Positions 34,558-44,488 are shown, counted from the stretch's first letter. The stretch: 64,000 nucleotides of DNA from an uncultured Verrucomicrobiota bacterium (GCA_903939515.1 CAJAHH010000086.1:9112-73111); one strand, 5' to 3'. Made by a program: numbers and translations. The notes: generated by a model from the sequence alone, not told the origin.

Positions 34558-35586
34558 TTAGACTGTCCTCATCGAGTCGAACAGGCCGTCCCAACGCCGT
34601 TTAAAGGGCAATCTCCAGAGCGTCGCCCACAGAATCGACCGAACCTCCGCTCGTGAGATCTTGACGCGCTGGCGAGCATCCAGCACGCCCGGCTCCCGCA
34701 GCCGCCGGAGCGTCTGCACACCAATTAAAATCGGCCATGCACAGGCCAGTCGGACGCGAACCTGATCGGAGGGAATGCTTCGGACGTAATTCCACCCGGC
34801 CGCCAAATGTTCCTCAGCCTGATGCAACCACTGGTCATACACCGGACGAAGACGCTCCTCGAGCGCCTGATCCAATAGATCGGCCGGCGAAAGCCCCTCC
34901 CGGGCCAACTCATCGCAAGGCAGATAACACCGGCCGGCCTGAAGATCTTTGGGCAGATCCCGCAAAATATTAATCAACTGCAGGCCCTTACCAAAGCGGA
35001 TGCCATCGGCTTGAAATGCGGCATCATCCAGTGCAGCCGTAGGGAAAAGTTGGTTGCGGCAAATGCGGGTCCAGAATTCGCCCACGCAACCCGCCACTCG
35101 ATAAGTGTAGTCGTCCAGCGCTTCGGCGTTGGACAGCGACACAACGCCCTCTCCCGGCCGAATTCCGCCGAAGCGGTCCAGGTCCAGAATTTGCCCTCCC
35201 ACAATTGTCTCTAAGACCGTCCGGATGCAGTCCTTCTGCCAAATCTGAGAATGGTCCAGAATCGCCAAGGCCTCCGGAATGCGCTCCAACAGCGTGCGCT
35301 CAGCGGCGGTGATTTCCGGGCTGTTAATATCGAAGTCTACCCATTGCGGTGGCGGTGCTTGACCATCGAGGATCCGGTCTCGCAGCGATTCTAGAGCCCT
35401 TCGACGAACCGCCACCGGCACCGATGAGGCGTCAGCCAAAGTATCGGTGGCACGGGCCAACAAATACGCCAGGCCGATCGGTGCGCGCACCCGTGATGGA
35501 AGGACCCTCAAGGTCAGGTAGAACGAGCGGGACACATCCCTCAAGAGGGACGTCAACAAAACTGAGGAACCAGCGGCTCCGGACAT
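34558..35586 (-). CDS. Squalene/phytoene synthase family protein
   Basis: SRSFYLTLRVLP, the first Asp-rich box LARATDTLAD, YRVAGCVGEF and INILRDLPKDLQAGRCYLP. I prefer the ATG at 35586 to the TTG at 35601. Confidence 0.85.
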   Translation of the reverse strand: MSGAAGSSVLLTSLLRDVSRSFYLTLRVLPSRVRAPIGLAYLLARATDTLADASSVPVAVRRRALESLRDRILDGQAPPPQWVDFDINSPEITAAERTLLERIPEALAILDHSQIWQKDCIRTVLETIVGGQILDLDRFGGIRPGEGVVSLSNAEALDDYTYRVAGCVGEFWTRICRNQLFPTAALDDAAFQADGIRFGKGLQLINILRDLPKDLQAGRCYLPCDELAREGLSPADLLDQALEERLRPVYDQWLHQAEEHLAAGWNYVRSIPSDQVRVRLACAWPILIGVQTLRRLREPGVLDARQRVKISRAEVRSILWATLWRLPFKRRWDGLFDSMRTV

Positions 35587-35691
35587 CGTCGGCAAAGGCA
35601 AACAGACTTCATCAAGATTGACCAGTCATGGACTTGGCCCAATTTTTCTTGAGGGCGGCATCATTAACACCGCCGCAATCAGTCATCGGAA

Positions 35692-35961
35692 TCAATTCGC
35701 CTCCCTTTTAGGACACCCCGAGAACCGAGGTCTCAGCGACGTTCCGGAATCCACGGAAATCTGTCGGTTTGAAACCCACGGTTTTGACGGGTTCTTGGGG
35801 AGGGCGTTTTCTTCCGGAATGAGCACCAGCATTTTTCTCTTCTTCGAATGGAGGCCATATGCGTTCAAGGCCCACCCGTCCTGATCAGGATTCGCTTCGA
35901 CAACCAACCATCCAAAGCCGGATCGATGATCCGTTGAGTATCCGGAGAAGGTCGGTTTCAT
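35692..35961 (-). CDS. Possible small hypothetical protein (weak call)
   Basis: An 89-aa ATG-initiated ORF in an otherwise empty ~410-bp spacer. Third-position GC is only mildly coding-like, and a competing plus-strand ORF (35618-35884) overlaps it. I recognised no motif. Confidence 0.25.
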   Translation of the reverse strand: MKPTFSGYSTDHRSGFGWLVVEANPDQDGWALNAYGLHSKKRKMLVLIPEENALPKNPSKPWVSNRQISVDSGTSLRPRFSGCPKREAN

Positions 35962-36060
35962 CGGTTTTCATACCGTCGTAGACACCGAGGCAGAACTTCC
36001 ATCCTCCGCTCAGTGGTTCCGGGCTTGAAAACACGGCTGCGATCATCTCAGCGTGCTGTC

Positions 36061-37935
36061 ATGGCCAACCTGAATCCTCAACCCGGACGAACACCGGGTT
36101 CGGAAGACGAGGTAATCACTCAGGCGCTGCGCCGTTCATTGGCCGTCCTCATCCTTCTGTGTGTGGTGGCGGCAACGGCTGTCTGGTGGCTACAGCGCCG
36201 CCCCGCCGCTCCAACGGCGGCGCTCCTCCCCATTCAAAGTCCGGTGGCCCACGATTCCGGCCGAGGACCGCGACCTCCGTCCATTCGGTTCACGGACATT
36301 ACCCACGAGGCTGGCATCCGCTTTACCCACAGCAACGGAGCACAGGGCAGCAAGCTCTTGCCCGAAACGCTTGGAGGCGGCGTGGCGTGTTTTGATCTAG
36401 ATGGGGATGGCGATGCAGACCTCCTCTTCGTCAATGGAACGGAGTGGCCGGATGCATCGCCCAAAAACCAACACTCAACCACTGCGGCCTTGTATCGGAA
36501 CGACACCGCGCCCGGTGAGCCGATTCGCTTCACCGACATCACCGCTGGATCCGGCGTGGATGTCCCATTTTACGGCATGGGAGTGGCCTGCGGAGATTTG
36601 GATGGCGATTCCCGCACCGACGTGTTGCTGACCGGACTCGGGGGGGTGCGCCTGTTCCGGAATTTGGGACAGGGACATTTTGCAGATATCACGGCCCAGA
36701 GCGGCTTGCCCGCTTCGTCTTCTGGATGGTCCACGGCGGCTGCCTGGTTTGACCTCGATCGGGATGGCGACTTGGACCTCTTCGTCGGGCACTATGTTGA
36801 GTGGTCGCCCCAAATGGATCGGGAGGTGAACAACCAACTTGTGGGTGTCGGCCGCGCCTATGGGCGTCCCTGGCTCTTTCCCGGCACTTTCCCAGCCCTC
36901 TACCGGAATGACGGTCCTACCACTCCGGGTGCCCTCCCCCATTTCACTGAAGTCTCAGCCCGAAGCGGTCTCCGCATCCAAAATCCGGCCACAGGGCTGC
37001 CCATGGCCAAAACCCTCGCAGTGGCTCCGATCGATCTGAATGACGACGGTTGGATGGACCTCGTGGTGGCCAATGACACCGTCCAGAACTTCGTCTTCAC
37101 CAACAGGCACGATGGAACCTTCCAAGAGGTGGGGGCCCAGAGCGGCGTGGCCTTCGACTCCTACGGGCAAACTCGCGGGGCCATGGGCATCGACGCAGCA
37201 CGTTTTCGTCCTGACCGCGCGCTGGGCATCGCCATCGGCAATTTCGCCAATGAAATGAATGCCCTCTATGTGGCCCAACCGACGAAAGATACCTTGGTCT
37301 TCGCTGACGAGGCCATTACGGAAGGTCTCGGGCCGGCGAGCCGATTGCTCCTCAAGTTTGGTCTCTTCTTTTTCGACTATGACCTGGATGGACGGCTCGA
37401 TGTCCTGACCACCAATGGACACATCGAAGATGACATCGAGAAGGTGCAAGCCAATGTCCACTACCGGCAACCGGCCCAACTCTTCTGGAACGGCGGAGGC
37501 AATCAAACGTTCATCAGCGCCACGGCTGCCGAAGCAGGTGAAGACCTCTTCCAACCCATCGTAGGTCGCGGATCGGCCTATGCAGATTTTGATCGGGACG
37601 GAGACCTCGACGTAGTCATGACCCAAATCCATGGGTCCCCGCTGCTGCTCCGCAATGACCAAGCCCTGGGGAACCATTGGGTCCGACTGCAAGTAATCGG
37701 GCCAGAAGGCAATCCTGAAGCCATCGGAGCCTGGATCCACCTACGCACCGAGGATGGACGCCGCATTTCGCGTCAAGTCATGCCCACCAAGAGCTACCTC
37801 TCGCAGAGCGAACTCCCCATCAATATTGGCTTGGGACGCAGCAAGATTTCCGAGGCACGGATCTGTTGGCCGGATGGCCATGAGGCTTCCTTCATGGCAC
37901 AACCCGAGCAAACGACTCTCCTGCGAAGGAATTAA
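36061..37935 (+). CDS. CRTAC1-family protein (FG-GAP/VCBS repeats + ASPIC/UnbV domain)
   Basis: A TM/signal anchor LAVLILLCVVAATAVWW is followed by repeated DLDGDGDADLLFVNG, DLDGDSRTDVLLTG, DLDRDGDLDLFVGH, DYDLDGRLDVLTTNGH and DFDRDGDLDVVMTQ. The C-terminus reads GNHWVRLQVIG...AIGAWIHL...SYLSQSELPINIGLG. Confidence 0.88.
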   Translation: MANLNPQPGRTPGSEDEVITQALRRSLAVLILLCVVAATAVWWLQRRPAAPTAALLPIQSPVAHDSGRGPRPPSIRFTDITHEAGIRFTHSNGAQGSKLLPETLGGGVACFDLDGDGDADLLFVNGTEWPDASPKNQHSTTAALYRNDTAPGEPIRFTDITAGSGVDVPFYGMGVACGDLDGDSRTDVLLTGLGGVRLFRNLGQGHFADITAQSGLPASSSGWSTAAAWFDLDRDGDLDLFVGHYVEWSPQMDREVNNQLVGVGRAYGRPWLFPGTFPALYRNDGPTTPGALPHFTEVSARSGLRIQNPATGLPMAKTLAVAPIDLNDDGWMDLVVANDTVQNFVFTNRHDGTFQEVGAQSGVAFDSYGQTRGAMGIDAARFRPDRALGIAIGNFANEMNALYVAQPTKDTLVFADEAITEGLGPASRLLLKFGLFFFDYDLDGRLDVLTTNGHIEDDIEKVQANVHYRQPAQLFWNGGGNQTFISATAAEAGEDLFQPIVGRGSAYADFDRDGDLDVVMTQIHGSPLLLRNDQALGNHWVRLQVIGPEGNPEAIGAWIHLRTEDGRRISRQVMPTKSYLSQSELPINIGLGRSKISEARICWPDGHEASFMAQPEQTTLLRRN

Positions 37936-38098
37936 ATCGGTTCCTCGCTCTTTCCAGTGAGTCAGTAGGTTGGCCGGGTGATTTTTTCTTCAACGCCCTT
38001 CGAGGATACTTCTCGGAGGCCAAGGCCAGCATCCAACCGAAGATCCAGTTGCTCAGAAACCCAGAGCCAGAGTTCCTGGATCAGCCTGTCCATCGCAC

Positions 38099-38130
38099 GA
38101 AAAACGGCGCGGAGTTCTCCGCGCCGTTTT
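38099..38130. terminator. Bidirectional rho-independent terminator between the CRTAC1 gene and wzc
   Basis: AAAAACGGCGCGGAG-tt-CTCCGCGCCGTTTT: a perfect 11-bp GC-rich stem (38103-38113 / 38116-38126) flanked by an A-run and a T-run. Confidence 0.9.
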
Positions 38131-38156
38131 GTCTAAATCGAAATAAATCGATCGGA

Positions 38157-40319
38157 TCAGGCTGATTTGGACTTTTCCGAAGCCGATTTCTTGTCGGCCG
38201 GCTCGTCAGCCGACTTATTGCGATAGTGCGAGGAGTAGTACTGGTTCTGGTAGTAGTGGTAGCTGTAGTAGTACGAGTCCTTGCCCTCGAAGTCGATGTC
38301 GTTGAGCACCAAGCCCACCAAGTGGATGCCTGAATCTTGGATCCGCTGCACGGACCGCAACGCATGCTCGCGACGGATCTTATTGAACTTGGTGACGAAC
38401 ACCATGCCATCGGCCATGGCACCTACGATGAGCGGGTCGGAGACGGCCGATACCGGCGGGCAGTCCAGAATCACCCGATCGTAGCGCCGCGAAGCCTCTT
38501 CGAGGAAACGCACCATACGATTAGATCCGATCAACTCGGACGGGTTGGGCGGTACCGCTCCGCAGCAAATGACGTCGAGGTTGGGAACCTCGGTGGTGTG
38601 GACAAATTCACTGAAGTTGTCGGTGCGTCCCGAAAGGTAAGCGGAAAGACCCACGGGGCTCTGCAACTGGAAAGCCTTGTGAACCGACGGACGGCGGAGA
38701 TCTGCGTCGACCAAGAGCGTCTTGAGACCCGTCTGCGAGGTGACGATCGCGAAGTTGGAAGCCACCAACGATTTCCCCTCGGAAGGGATCGTACTGGTGA
38801 AGGCCATGACCCGGAGCTTATCAGCATTCTTGGCCAGCGAAATGGCCGCACGTAGGGTCCGGAAACCCTCGGCCGGGCTGGAGGTCGGATGCAGGTGGGA
38901 CTGAAGGTCGCGCTCCACGATGCTAATCGACTTGATGTTGGGAATGTAACCCAAGAACGGCAGGTGCAGGATATTCTCCACGTCTTCCTGGCTCTTAATC
39001 GAATCGTCGAGGAAGTTGAAGAACAGAGCCAAGCCCAGGGCCACGGCGAGTCCGCCGACGACACTGCCCACAAAGATCAGGGGTTTATTGGGGCTCACTG
39101 GCTTGAGCGGCGCGAAGGCTGGATCCTGAACCTTCATGTTTTGCAGGAGATCTTTGGCTCCAATATCGAAGTCCTTCGCCTTGGTCAGGATGGTCTGGTA
39201 GAAGCCCTCGACCCGCTTGAGCTGCTGCTCCATAATATCGTAGCTAATCTTCGCCTCATCTAGGGCGAACACTCGCTCCACCGACTCCATGTATTTCCGC
39301 AGGGCCTCGACCTCCCGACTCTTCTCCAACTCGGCCATCTGGAAAATACCCTGAAGGGCTCGCTCAGATTCATCGCGCAGCTTCTGAGTATCGGCCTGCA
39401 ACTGGGTTGCCGGCTGGATGACCCTGGGGTGCCGCTCACGGTATTTAGTCCGGAGACCGGCCAGCTTGGAGCTGTTCTCGTTGACCTGTTTGCGCAAATA
39501 CGCCACCTGCTCGTCCTTGGCCAGAGGAGCAAAGTCGGTGATGTCTTTTCCAGCGGCCACCCACTCCTGGGCCTGCTGGGCAATTTGTTTTGCAACGTCG
39601 GCCGTTGAACGCAAGGTTTCGTAAGCGATCTTCAGGTCGCGCATCGTGGCAGCATCGATGTTTTGCGCATCTTTCAAGGAAACCATTCCCTTGTCCTTGC
39701 GGTACTTCTGGAGCTTGCCCTGGAGGGCCTCTAACTCGACCTCCTTGCCTGTGGCTTCCTGTTCCAGGATTTTGAGCCCCTGAAGCGCCTTGCTCTTCTT
39801 GTCGTCCAAGTTCTGCTGCAAGAAGACTTGGAGGATCGTATCCGCGATTCGTTGGGCCTGTTCACCCTTAGGATGCGTCACTTGAACCTCCACCAACCGG
39901 CTCAGACGGATCGGAACAATTTTAATGTCCTTGGTTACGGCCGTGACCTTGTCGACCGACTTGGTGTAGCGCTCATCGTCCGTTTCGAGCTTGAGCTTGT
40001 TCATCACCGCAAGGATCAGGCTGCGACTTTCGAGATTCCGGTACTGCGTCGTCAGGTAGTTTTGATCCGAATTGCCCACAGCTAGGCTGTTCAGGTTCAG
40101 CACGCCTTGGTTCTCCGGATCGATTTGAAGCCGGGCGATGGCTCGAAACATCGGTGTCGCCTGAAACGCGTACAGCACGCCAGCGATAATACACACCGAC
40201 CACGTCGCCACGATGAGCCAACGGCGCTCAAGAATGACATGCCAATACTGCCTTAGATTGATGGACGGATCTGCTCCGCTCATCGAATTCCCCTGCTGGG
40301 ATTGAAATTGCTCCTCCAT
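38157..40319 (-). CDS. wzc: Polysaccharide co-polymerase / tyrosine autokinase (Wzc/GumC-type)
   Basis: The N-terminal Wzz-type domain has a TM helix (RWLIVATWSVCIIAGVLYAF), followed by a long coiled region and a second TM helix. The Walker A motif is TSTIPSEGKSLVASN, then LVDADLRRP. The C-terminal Tyr cluster is SYYYSYHYYQNQYYSSHY. Confidence 0.9.
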   Translation of the reverse strand: MEEQFQSQQGNSMSGADPSINLRQYWHVILERRWLIVATWSVCIIAGVLYAFQATPMFRAIARLQIDPENQGVLNLNSLAVGNSDQNYLTTQYRNLESRSLILAVMNKLKLETDDERYTKSVDKVTAVTKDIKIVPIRLSRLVEVQVTHPKGEQAQRIADTILQVFLQQNLDDKKSKALQGLKILEQEATGKEVELEALQGKLQKYRKDKGMVSLKDAQNIDAATMRDLKIAYETLRSTADVAKQIAQQAQEWVAAGKDITDFAPLAKDEQVAYLRKQVNENSSKLAGLRTKYRERHPRVIQPATQLQADTQKLRDESERALQGIFQMAELEKSREVEALRKYMESVERVFALDEAKISYDIMEQQLKRVEGFYQTILTKAKDFDIGAKDLLQNMKVQDPAFAPLKPVSPNKPLIFVGSVVGGLAVALGLALFFNFLDDSIKSQEDVENILHLPFLGYIPNIKSISIVERDLQSHLHPTSSPAEGFRTLRAAISLAKNADKLRVMAFTSTIPSEGKSLVASNFAIVTSQTGLKTLLVDADLRRPSVHKAFQLQSPVGLSAYLSGRTDNFSEFVHTTEVPNLDVICCGAVPPNPSELIGSNRMVRFLEEASRRYDRVILDCPPVSAVSDPLIVGAMADGMVFVTKFNKIRREHALRSVQRIQDSGIHLVGLVLNDIDFEGKDSYYYSYHYYQNQYYSSHYRNKSADEPADKKSASEKSKSA

Positions 40320-40338
40320 GGTAAATTAAATAAACAAA

Positions 40339-40896
40339 TTAAAGGATGCTCTCCCGAACCTCTAGCGTGTCATCGGGCTCGATCATCACCCGCTCACCTT
40401 TGGCGTAGGCCTTGTCCAACTGCTTCTTAGAATAGGTGGTCACCTGCCCTTTGCGCCGGAGGATAATTGTTCCTTTGTCGGCCCGCGGGCTGAATCCCCC
40501 ACCCAGCGCGATGGCATCCATGATGTCGATCGGGCGCTCAGCAGGGATCTCTTTGCGCCCCTGTAGGATGAAGCTGCCCGTGATGTTGATGTAGTGCTTC
40601 ACGTACTCGGAAACTTCCACCGAAATGGCCGGCTTGATGATGTAGTCTTTGTCCAGCATCGTGTAGAGCACCTGGCGCACCTCAGCCACCGACTTGTTGG
40701 TCACGATCACCGGATCGAGGAGCCAGTAGGTGATCTTCCCATCCGTAGGCACCCGGAGGTTCTGCTTCATGTCCAATTCTTCAGCGACATTGATCACCAG
40801 CATATCTCCGGGGACAATTCGACGGACCGAATCTTGGGCCAAGGCCATTCCCCCAGTCAAAAGACAGGCCAAACACAGGTTAAAACGCCATTTCAT
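40339..40896 (-). CDS. wza: Polysaccharide export protein (Wza-type, Poly_export + SLBB)
   Basis: From the ATG at 40896: MKWRFNLCLACLLTGGMALA signal peptide, RRIVPGDMLVINV, and an SLBB-like segment GSFILQGRKEIPAERPIDIMDAIALGGGF. Confidence 0.85.
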   Translation of the reverse strand: MKWRFNLCLACLLTGGMALAQDSVRRIVPGDMLVINVAEELDMKQNLRVPTDGKITYWLLDPVIVTNKSVAEVRQVLYTMLDKDYIIKPAISVEVSEYVKHYINITGSFILQGRKEIPAERPIDIMDAIALGGGFSPRADKGTIILRRKGQVTTYSKKQLDKAYAKGERVMIEPDDTLEVRESIL

Positions 40897-40898
40897 AA

Positions 40899-42284
40899 TC
40901 AATAACCAATCTGCACTCCCACCATCACTCGGTGGGCATCGTAAGTGGGTAAAAACACATCCTTCAACCCGGCATCTGCGAAATCGATGGAATAGTTGTC
41001 GTAAGAGTAGTTGAGGCCAAACCGCAGCCAATGCCGCGGCATATAAGAAATACCACCGGAGAGCGACATCATGGAGTCGTCTCGCTTGTAGTCGACGGTG
41101 CGCATACTCAGCGACCTCAAGGTGGTGCCGGCAATCGGCTCGTAGGCGGCCCCGAATCCCGTCAGGCTATCAAAGGTGCCGCCTTGGTACGACACGCCCG
41201 CCGTGGCCAACCAAGTGCCGGTGGTACCCAGCGCCTGTTGGACATTGAATGTCGTCGTAGCGTAGGTGACGCCTTGGCGCGCAATCTGGGCAGCGTTGTC
41301 AGTGCGCCGTATGAAGGCCAACGAGAACTTGGTTGTCTCGCGGAACGCATAGCTCACCGAGATGTTGGCGGCCGGGATAGAAAAAGACGCCCCCGGGATG
41401 TCGGGAAATTCGCGGATTTCGTAACCGCCGCCAATCGAGCCCTCCAACCGCTCCGTGAACTGGCCTCGAACTCCGACGAAGCCGCCATACACATGCGAGG
41501 TAGGAATGAAGCCCAGCTCAGGGGTTCCTCGAATGAAATCTGTCAGCCCGTAGCCGCCCTCGACGAATACAGAAAGCCGGTCTGTCGGCTTGTAGCTGGC
41601 CCCCAAATTGCCGCGCCAACCATCGTTGCCGTACAAATTTACCCCCTCGTAGTTCAGGTAATTCCGAGACCCGCTGACATAGACATCGGTCTTTTCAGAG
41701 CTGTCGTACGTGACACGGCCCGAGGTAGTGTGAGTCCAGCGATCGACCAAGGTATTACCCAGGTTCACCCAACCTCCCATGAACGAAGAAACAAACTCGG
41801 TCGAATGGGCGCCCTCCATCCGCAGGCGGCTTTGATTGTCGTACTTGCCAGCCAACTGGATGCGGTGCATCGGCGCCGGAGCGACCCCTAAATCAAAGTA
41901 TCGGGTGTTGTCGCTTTGATACTGTAAATTGAGGTAATTCTCATCCTCCGAACCCACCTGAAAACTCACACCCGGTGAGACCGTGCCGATCAAGTCGGCC
42001 ACACGCGGGTTCAACGTGAACCGTTTGGTCTGGGTGGGGTTCCGCAGATCCACGTACTCAATGGACCCAATGTCGGAGGCTGAAAAAATATTGTTGTTGT
42101 ACATCATGTTGATGTCCAACTGAGGCCGTATGCGCACCCCTTTGACCTCGTAGCTCATCCACTGGTCGATCTGGTAGGCTTCGATCCCCAAGGCAGCGCC
42201 CAACAAATTTCCCGACGGCAACAGCGCCAGCACCACGGCAGCACGGAGCAACGCTTCCGGTTTGGGAGTTTTTCTTGGATGCAT
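40899..42284 (-). CDS. Outer-membrane beta-barrel protein linked to the polysaccharide export genes
   Basis: A signal peptide is followed by alternating hydrophobic/aromatic beta-strand periodicity with many G/Y/N/T turns. The C-terminal strand is RVMVGVQIGY, with a terminal aromatic residue. It lies 2 nt from the wza start. Confidence 0.65.
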   Translation of the reverse strand: MHPRKTPKPEALLRAAVVLALLPSGNLLGAALGIEAYQIDQWMSYEVKGVRIRPQLDINMMYNNNIFSASDIGSIEYVDLRNPTQTKRFTLNPRVADLIGTVSPGVSFQVGSEDENYLNLQYQSDNTRYFDLGVAPAPMHRIQLAGKYDNQSRLRMEGAHSTEFVSSFMGGWVNLGNTLVDRWTHTTSGRVTYDSSEKTDVYVSGSRNYLNYEGVNLYGNDGWRGNLGASYKPTDRLSVFVEGGYGLTDFIRGTPELGFIPTSHVYGGFVGVRGQFTERLEGSIGGGYEIREFPDIPGASFSIPAANISVSYAFRETTKFSLAFIRRTDNAAQIARQGVTYATTTFNVQQALGTTGTWLATAGVSYQGGTFDSLTGFGAAYEPIAGTTLRSLSMRTVDYKRDDSMMSLSGGISYMPRHWLRFGLNYSYDNYSIDFADAGLKDVFLPTYDAHRVMVGVQIGY

Positions 42285-42558
42285 GCCTCAATTCGTACCG
42301 GTGGTCGATGCTGTCAAGAGCCGGAGAAAGAACGTAGGCACCGCCTAGGCTGAGCCCCCCCAGATGTCCTGACATCCTTTCGAACGCCGACTCATCGCTG
42401 ATTTACAAAAGTCACCGAATCTCGGCAGGGTGTAAAACCCATAATTCCCTAACGAGCATTCCCCAAAAAGCCCGACGATTTTTTGTAACGATCACACCAG
42501 ATTGCTTGGGGTCTTCCGCACCTGAACCAAGACTAAAATCCATGTCCCTTTCGCACGC

Positions 42559-42789
42559 TCAACCGCCACCGGGACGGTCCAGGTGATCCCCGGGAGTCAA
42601 CTCATCGAACCCCTCAAAATCTCCAGGACGAAGCTCTCGGCTAATTCGATGCCCCTCTTCGAACCACTGGCCCAGATCCAAGAGTCGGCAGCGTTCAGAA
42701 CAAAACGGACCGCTAGGACTCTCTAACCACGGTCCGCGACGGCGGCACTGTGGACAGGCAACTTCTGGCAATGGCTTCGACGGCTTCAT
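42559..42789 (-). CDS. yacG: DNA gyrase inhibitor YacG (zinc-ribbon)
   Basis: From the ATG at 42789: CPQCRRRGPWLESPSGPFCSERCRLLDLGQWFEEGHRI. Confidence 0.8.
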   Translation of the reverse strand: MKPSKPLPEVACPQCRRRGPWLESPSGPFCSERCRLLDLGQWFEEGHRISRELRPGDFEGFDELTPGDHLDRPGGG

Positions 42790-42968
42790 CGGTTCAACCA
42801 GCGGAGCCCCCAACTCAGCACAAGACTGATCACCAAGCAAGTCACCACCGGAAAGTGGAAGGCAAACCCAGGACGTTCGATGACGATGTCACCCGGCAAA
42901 CCACCTCTGAAGGGTCGCCACCGGCAAAGGATCGCTCCCACTGCCAACAGGGTTCCACCAATGATCAT
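42786..42968 (-). CDS. DUF2905 family small membrane protein
   Basis: From the ATG at 42968: MIIGGTLLAVGAILC...LPGDIVIERPGFAFHFPVVTCLVISLVLSWGLRWL. The stop overlaps the yacG start (ATGA). Confidence 0.8.
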   Translation of the reverse strand: MIIGGTLLAVGAILCRWRPFRGGLPGDIVIERPGFAFHFPVVTCLVISLVLSWGLRWLNR

Positions 42969-43079
42969 TAACTGCTTCCCGAGTAGGGGATTCACAACGT
43001 GGAAAGAGTGATACAGGGACCACTGCTCGTCCAACACCGAGTCTCGAGACCCACGAGCTCTTCAGCCGGCAATTCTAGG

Positions 43080-43095
43080 CGGCACACTCATTGCG
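43080..43095 (+). promoter_or_regulatory. Candidate sigma-54 (-24/-12) promoter upstream of pilT
   Basis: cGGCAC-actca-TTGCg with exact GG-N10-GC spacing, about 70 nt upstream of the pilT ATG. Confidence 0.45.
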
Positions 43096-43164
43096 ATTGT
43101 TGGTTTTCTTGAAAATTCCGTGTCGCCCGGCCCCGCACTTGCTAGCTTTTGAGATCCAAAATTC

Positions 43165-44265
43165 ATGAGCTACGACACAGATTTGCTGCGCGGAATCCTC
43201 AAAGCCGCAGTTGAAGGCGGGGCCTCGGACATTCACATCAAGGTGGGCTCCCCAGTGGTGTTCCGCATTAGCCGGCAACTCATCACCATCGATGCGCCGA
43301 CTCCGACCGAGGAGTGGATGGGTAAAATCCTTGCCACTATGGTTCCCCCCCATGCCCGCCGCCGCATGGACGACGACCGTGAGGTGGACTTCAGCTATTA
43401 CGAACCAGGAGTGGGACGCTTCCGCACCAACGTCTTCCAACAACGGGGTACATTTGCTCTGGCCATGCGCTATGTGAAGACCCAGGTGCCCAGCTTCGAT
43501 GAACTAGGTCTTATGCCTATCATCAAGTCGATTGCAGGAGCCCCGCGAGGCATCGTTCTCGTGGCGGGCACCACCGGGTCCGGCAAGTCAACGACGCTGG
43601 CGGCGATGATTGAGCACATCAACGCCAACTTCAAAAAGCACATCATCACCCTCGAAGACCCCATCGAGTTCGTCTTTGAGGACAACCAATCCGTCGTCGA
43701 ACAGCGAGAAATCGGTTTGGATACCGGCAGCTTTCAGGCCGGCTTGAAGCACGTGCTTCGCCAGGATCCGGACATCATCATGGTCGGCGAAATGCGCGAT
43801 GCCATCTCCTTCCAGGCAGCCATTAGTGCAGCCGACACCGGCCACCTTGTAGTTTCTACTCTCCACACCCAGAACGCCTCCCAGTCGATTGGCCGAATCC
43901 TCGACTTCTTCAAGCCAGAAGAACGTGAACAAATTCGGCGGCAATTGGCGGCCACGCTGCGTGCGGTCGTCTGCCAACGCATGGTGAGCACCGTCAATGG
44001 GGGCGTTACCCCATCCCTGGAGATTCTCATTAACACGCCCACCGTCCGAAAAATGCTCGAAGAGAACCGACTAGAGAAACTCGGAGCAGCCATCGAGACT
44101 GGGCGCGAAGACGGCATGCAGAGCTTCAACCAGGCGCTGTACGACCTCGTCAAGGCTGGCAAGATTAGCGAGAAGGAAGCCCTTGGAAAGGCCACCAACC
44201 CGCAGGCCCTAGAGATGATGTTCAAGGGCATCTTCCTCGACGAAGGTCGACGGATCCTCTCCTAA
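43165..44265 (+). CDS. pilT: Type IV pilus retraction ATPase (PilT/PilU family)
   Basis: GASDIHIKVGSPVVFRI, Walker A GTTGSGKSTTLAAMIEHIN, QREIGLDT, IMVGEMRD and TGHLVVSTLHT. Confidence 0.88.
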   Translation: MSYDTDLLRGILKAAVEGGASDIHIKVGSPVVFRISRQLITIDAPTPTEEWMGKILATMVPPHARRRMDDDREVDFSYYEPGVGRFRTNVFQQRGTFALAMRYVKTQVPSFDELGLMPIIKSIAGAPRGIVLVAGTTGSGKSTTLAAMIEHINANFKKHIITLEDPIEFVFEDNQSVVEQREIGLDTGSFQAGLKHVLRQDPDIIMVGEMRDAISFQAAISAADTGHLVVSTLHTQNASQSIGRILDFFKPEEREQIRRQLAATLRAVVCQRMVSTVNGGVTPSLEILINTPTVRKMLEENRLEKLGAAIETGREDGMQSFNQALYDLVKAGKISEKEALGKATNPQALEMMFKGIFLDEGRRILS

Positions 44266-44281
44266 CACGCCGTCCCTCTGC

Positions 44282-44327
44282 ACGCCCCGCCCGGCCCGAG
44301 ATCTCGAGCCCGCGGGGCGTTTCTCTG
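44282..44327 (+). terminator. Hairpin terminator after pilT
   Basis: ACGCCCCGC (44282-44290) pairs with GCGGGGCGT (44312-44320). The loop contains the palindrome CGAGATCTCG. TTTCTCT follows. Confidence 0.6.
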
Positions 44328-44488
44328 TCGATCCCTCACAGCATTGCGCATGGAAGGTGAAACCCCTTCAATCATCCCTCAAGCAACCTGTGCTTTTTTC
44401 ACTTAAAGAAGCGGGCTTCCCGAACGTAAACCTGAACCCGCGTGGACCAGCGCTGGACTCGCCCGAAGTGAAACCCCAAACTCCAATC

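Noticed and set aside
35618-35884. 88-aa plus-strand ORF in the 35602-36060 spacer
   Set aside because: It competes with the minus-strand ORF at 35692-35961. Neither has a recognisable motif. Only the minus-strand one is listed, at low confidence, and the region may be non-coding.
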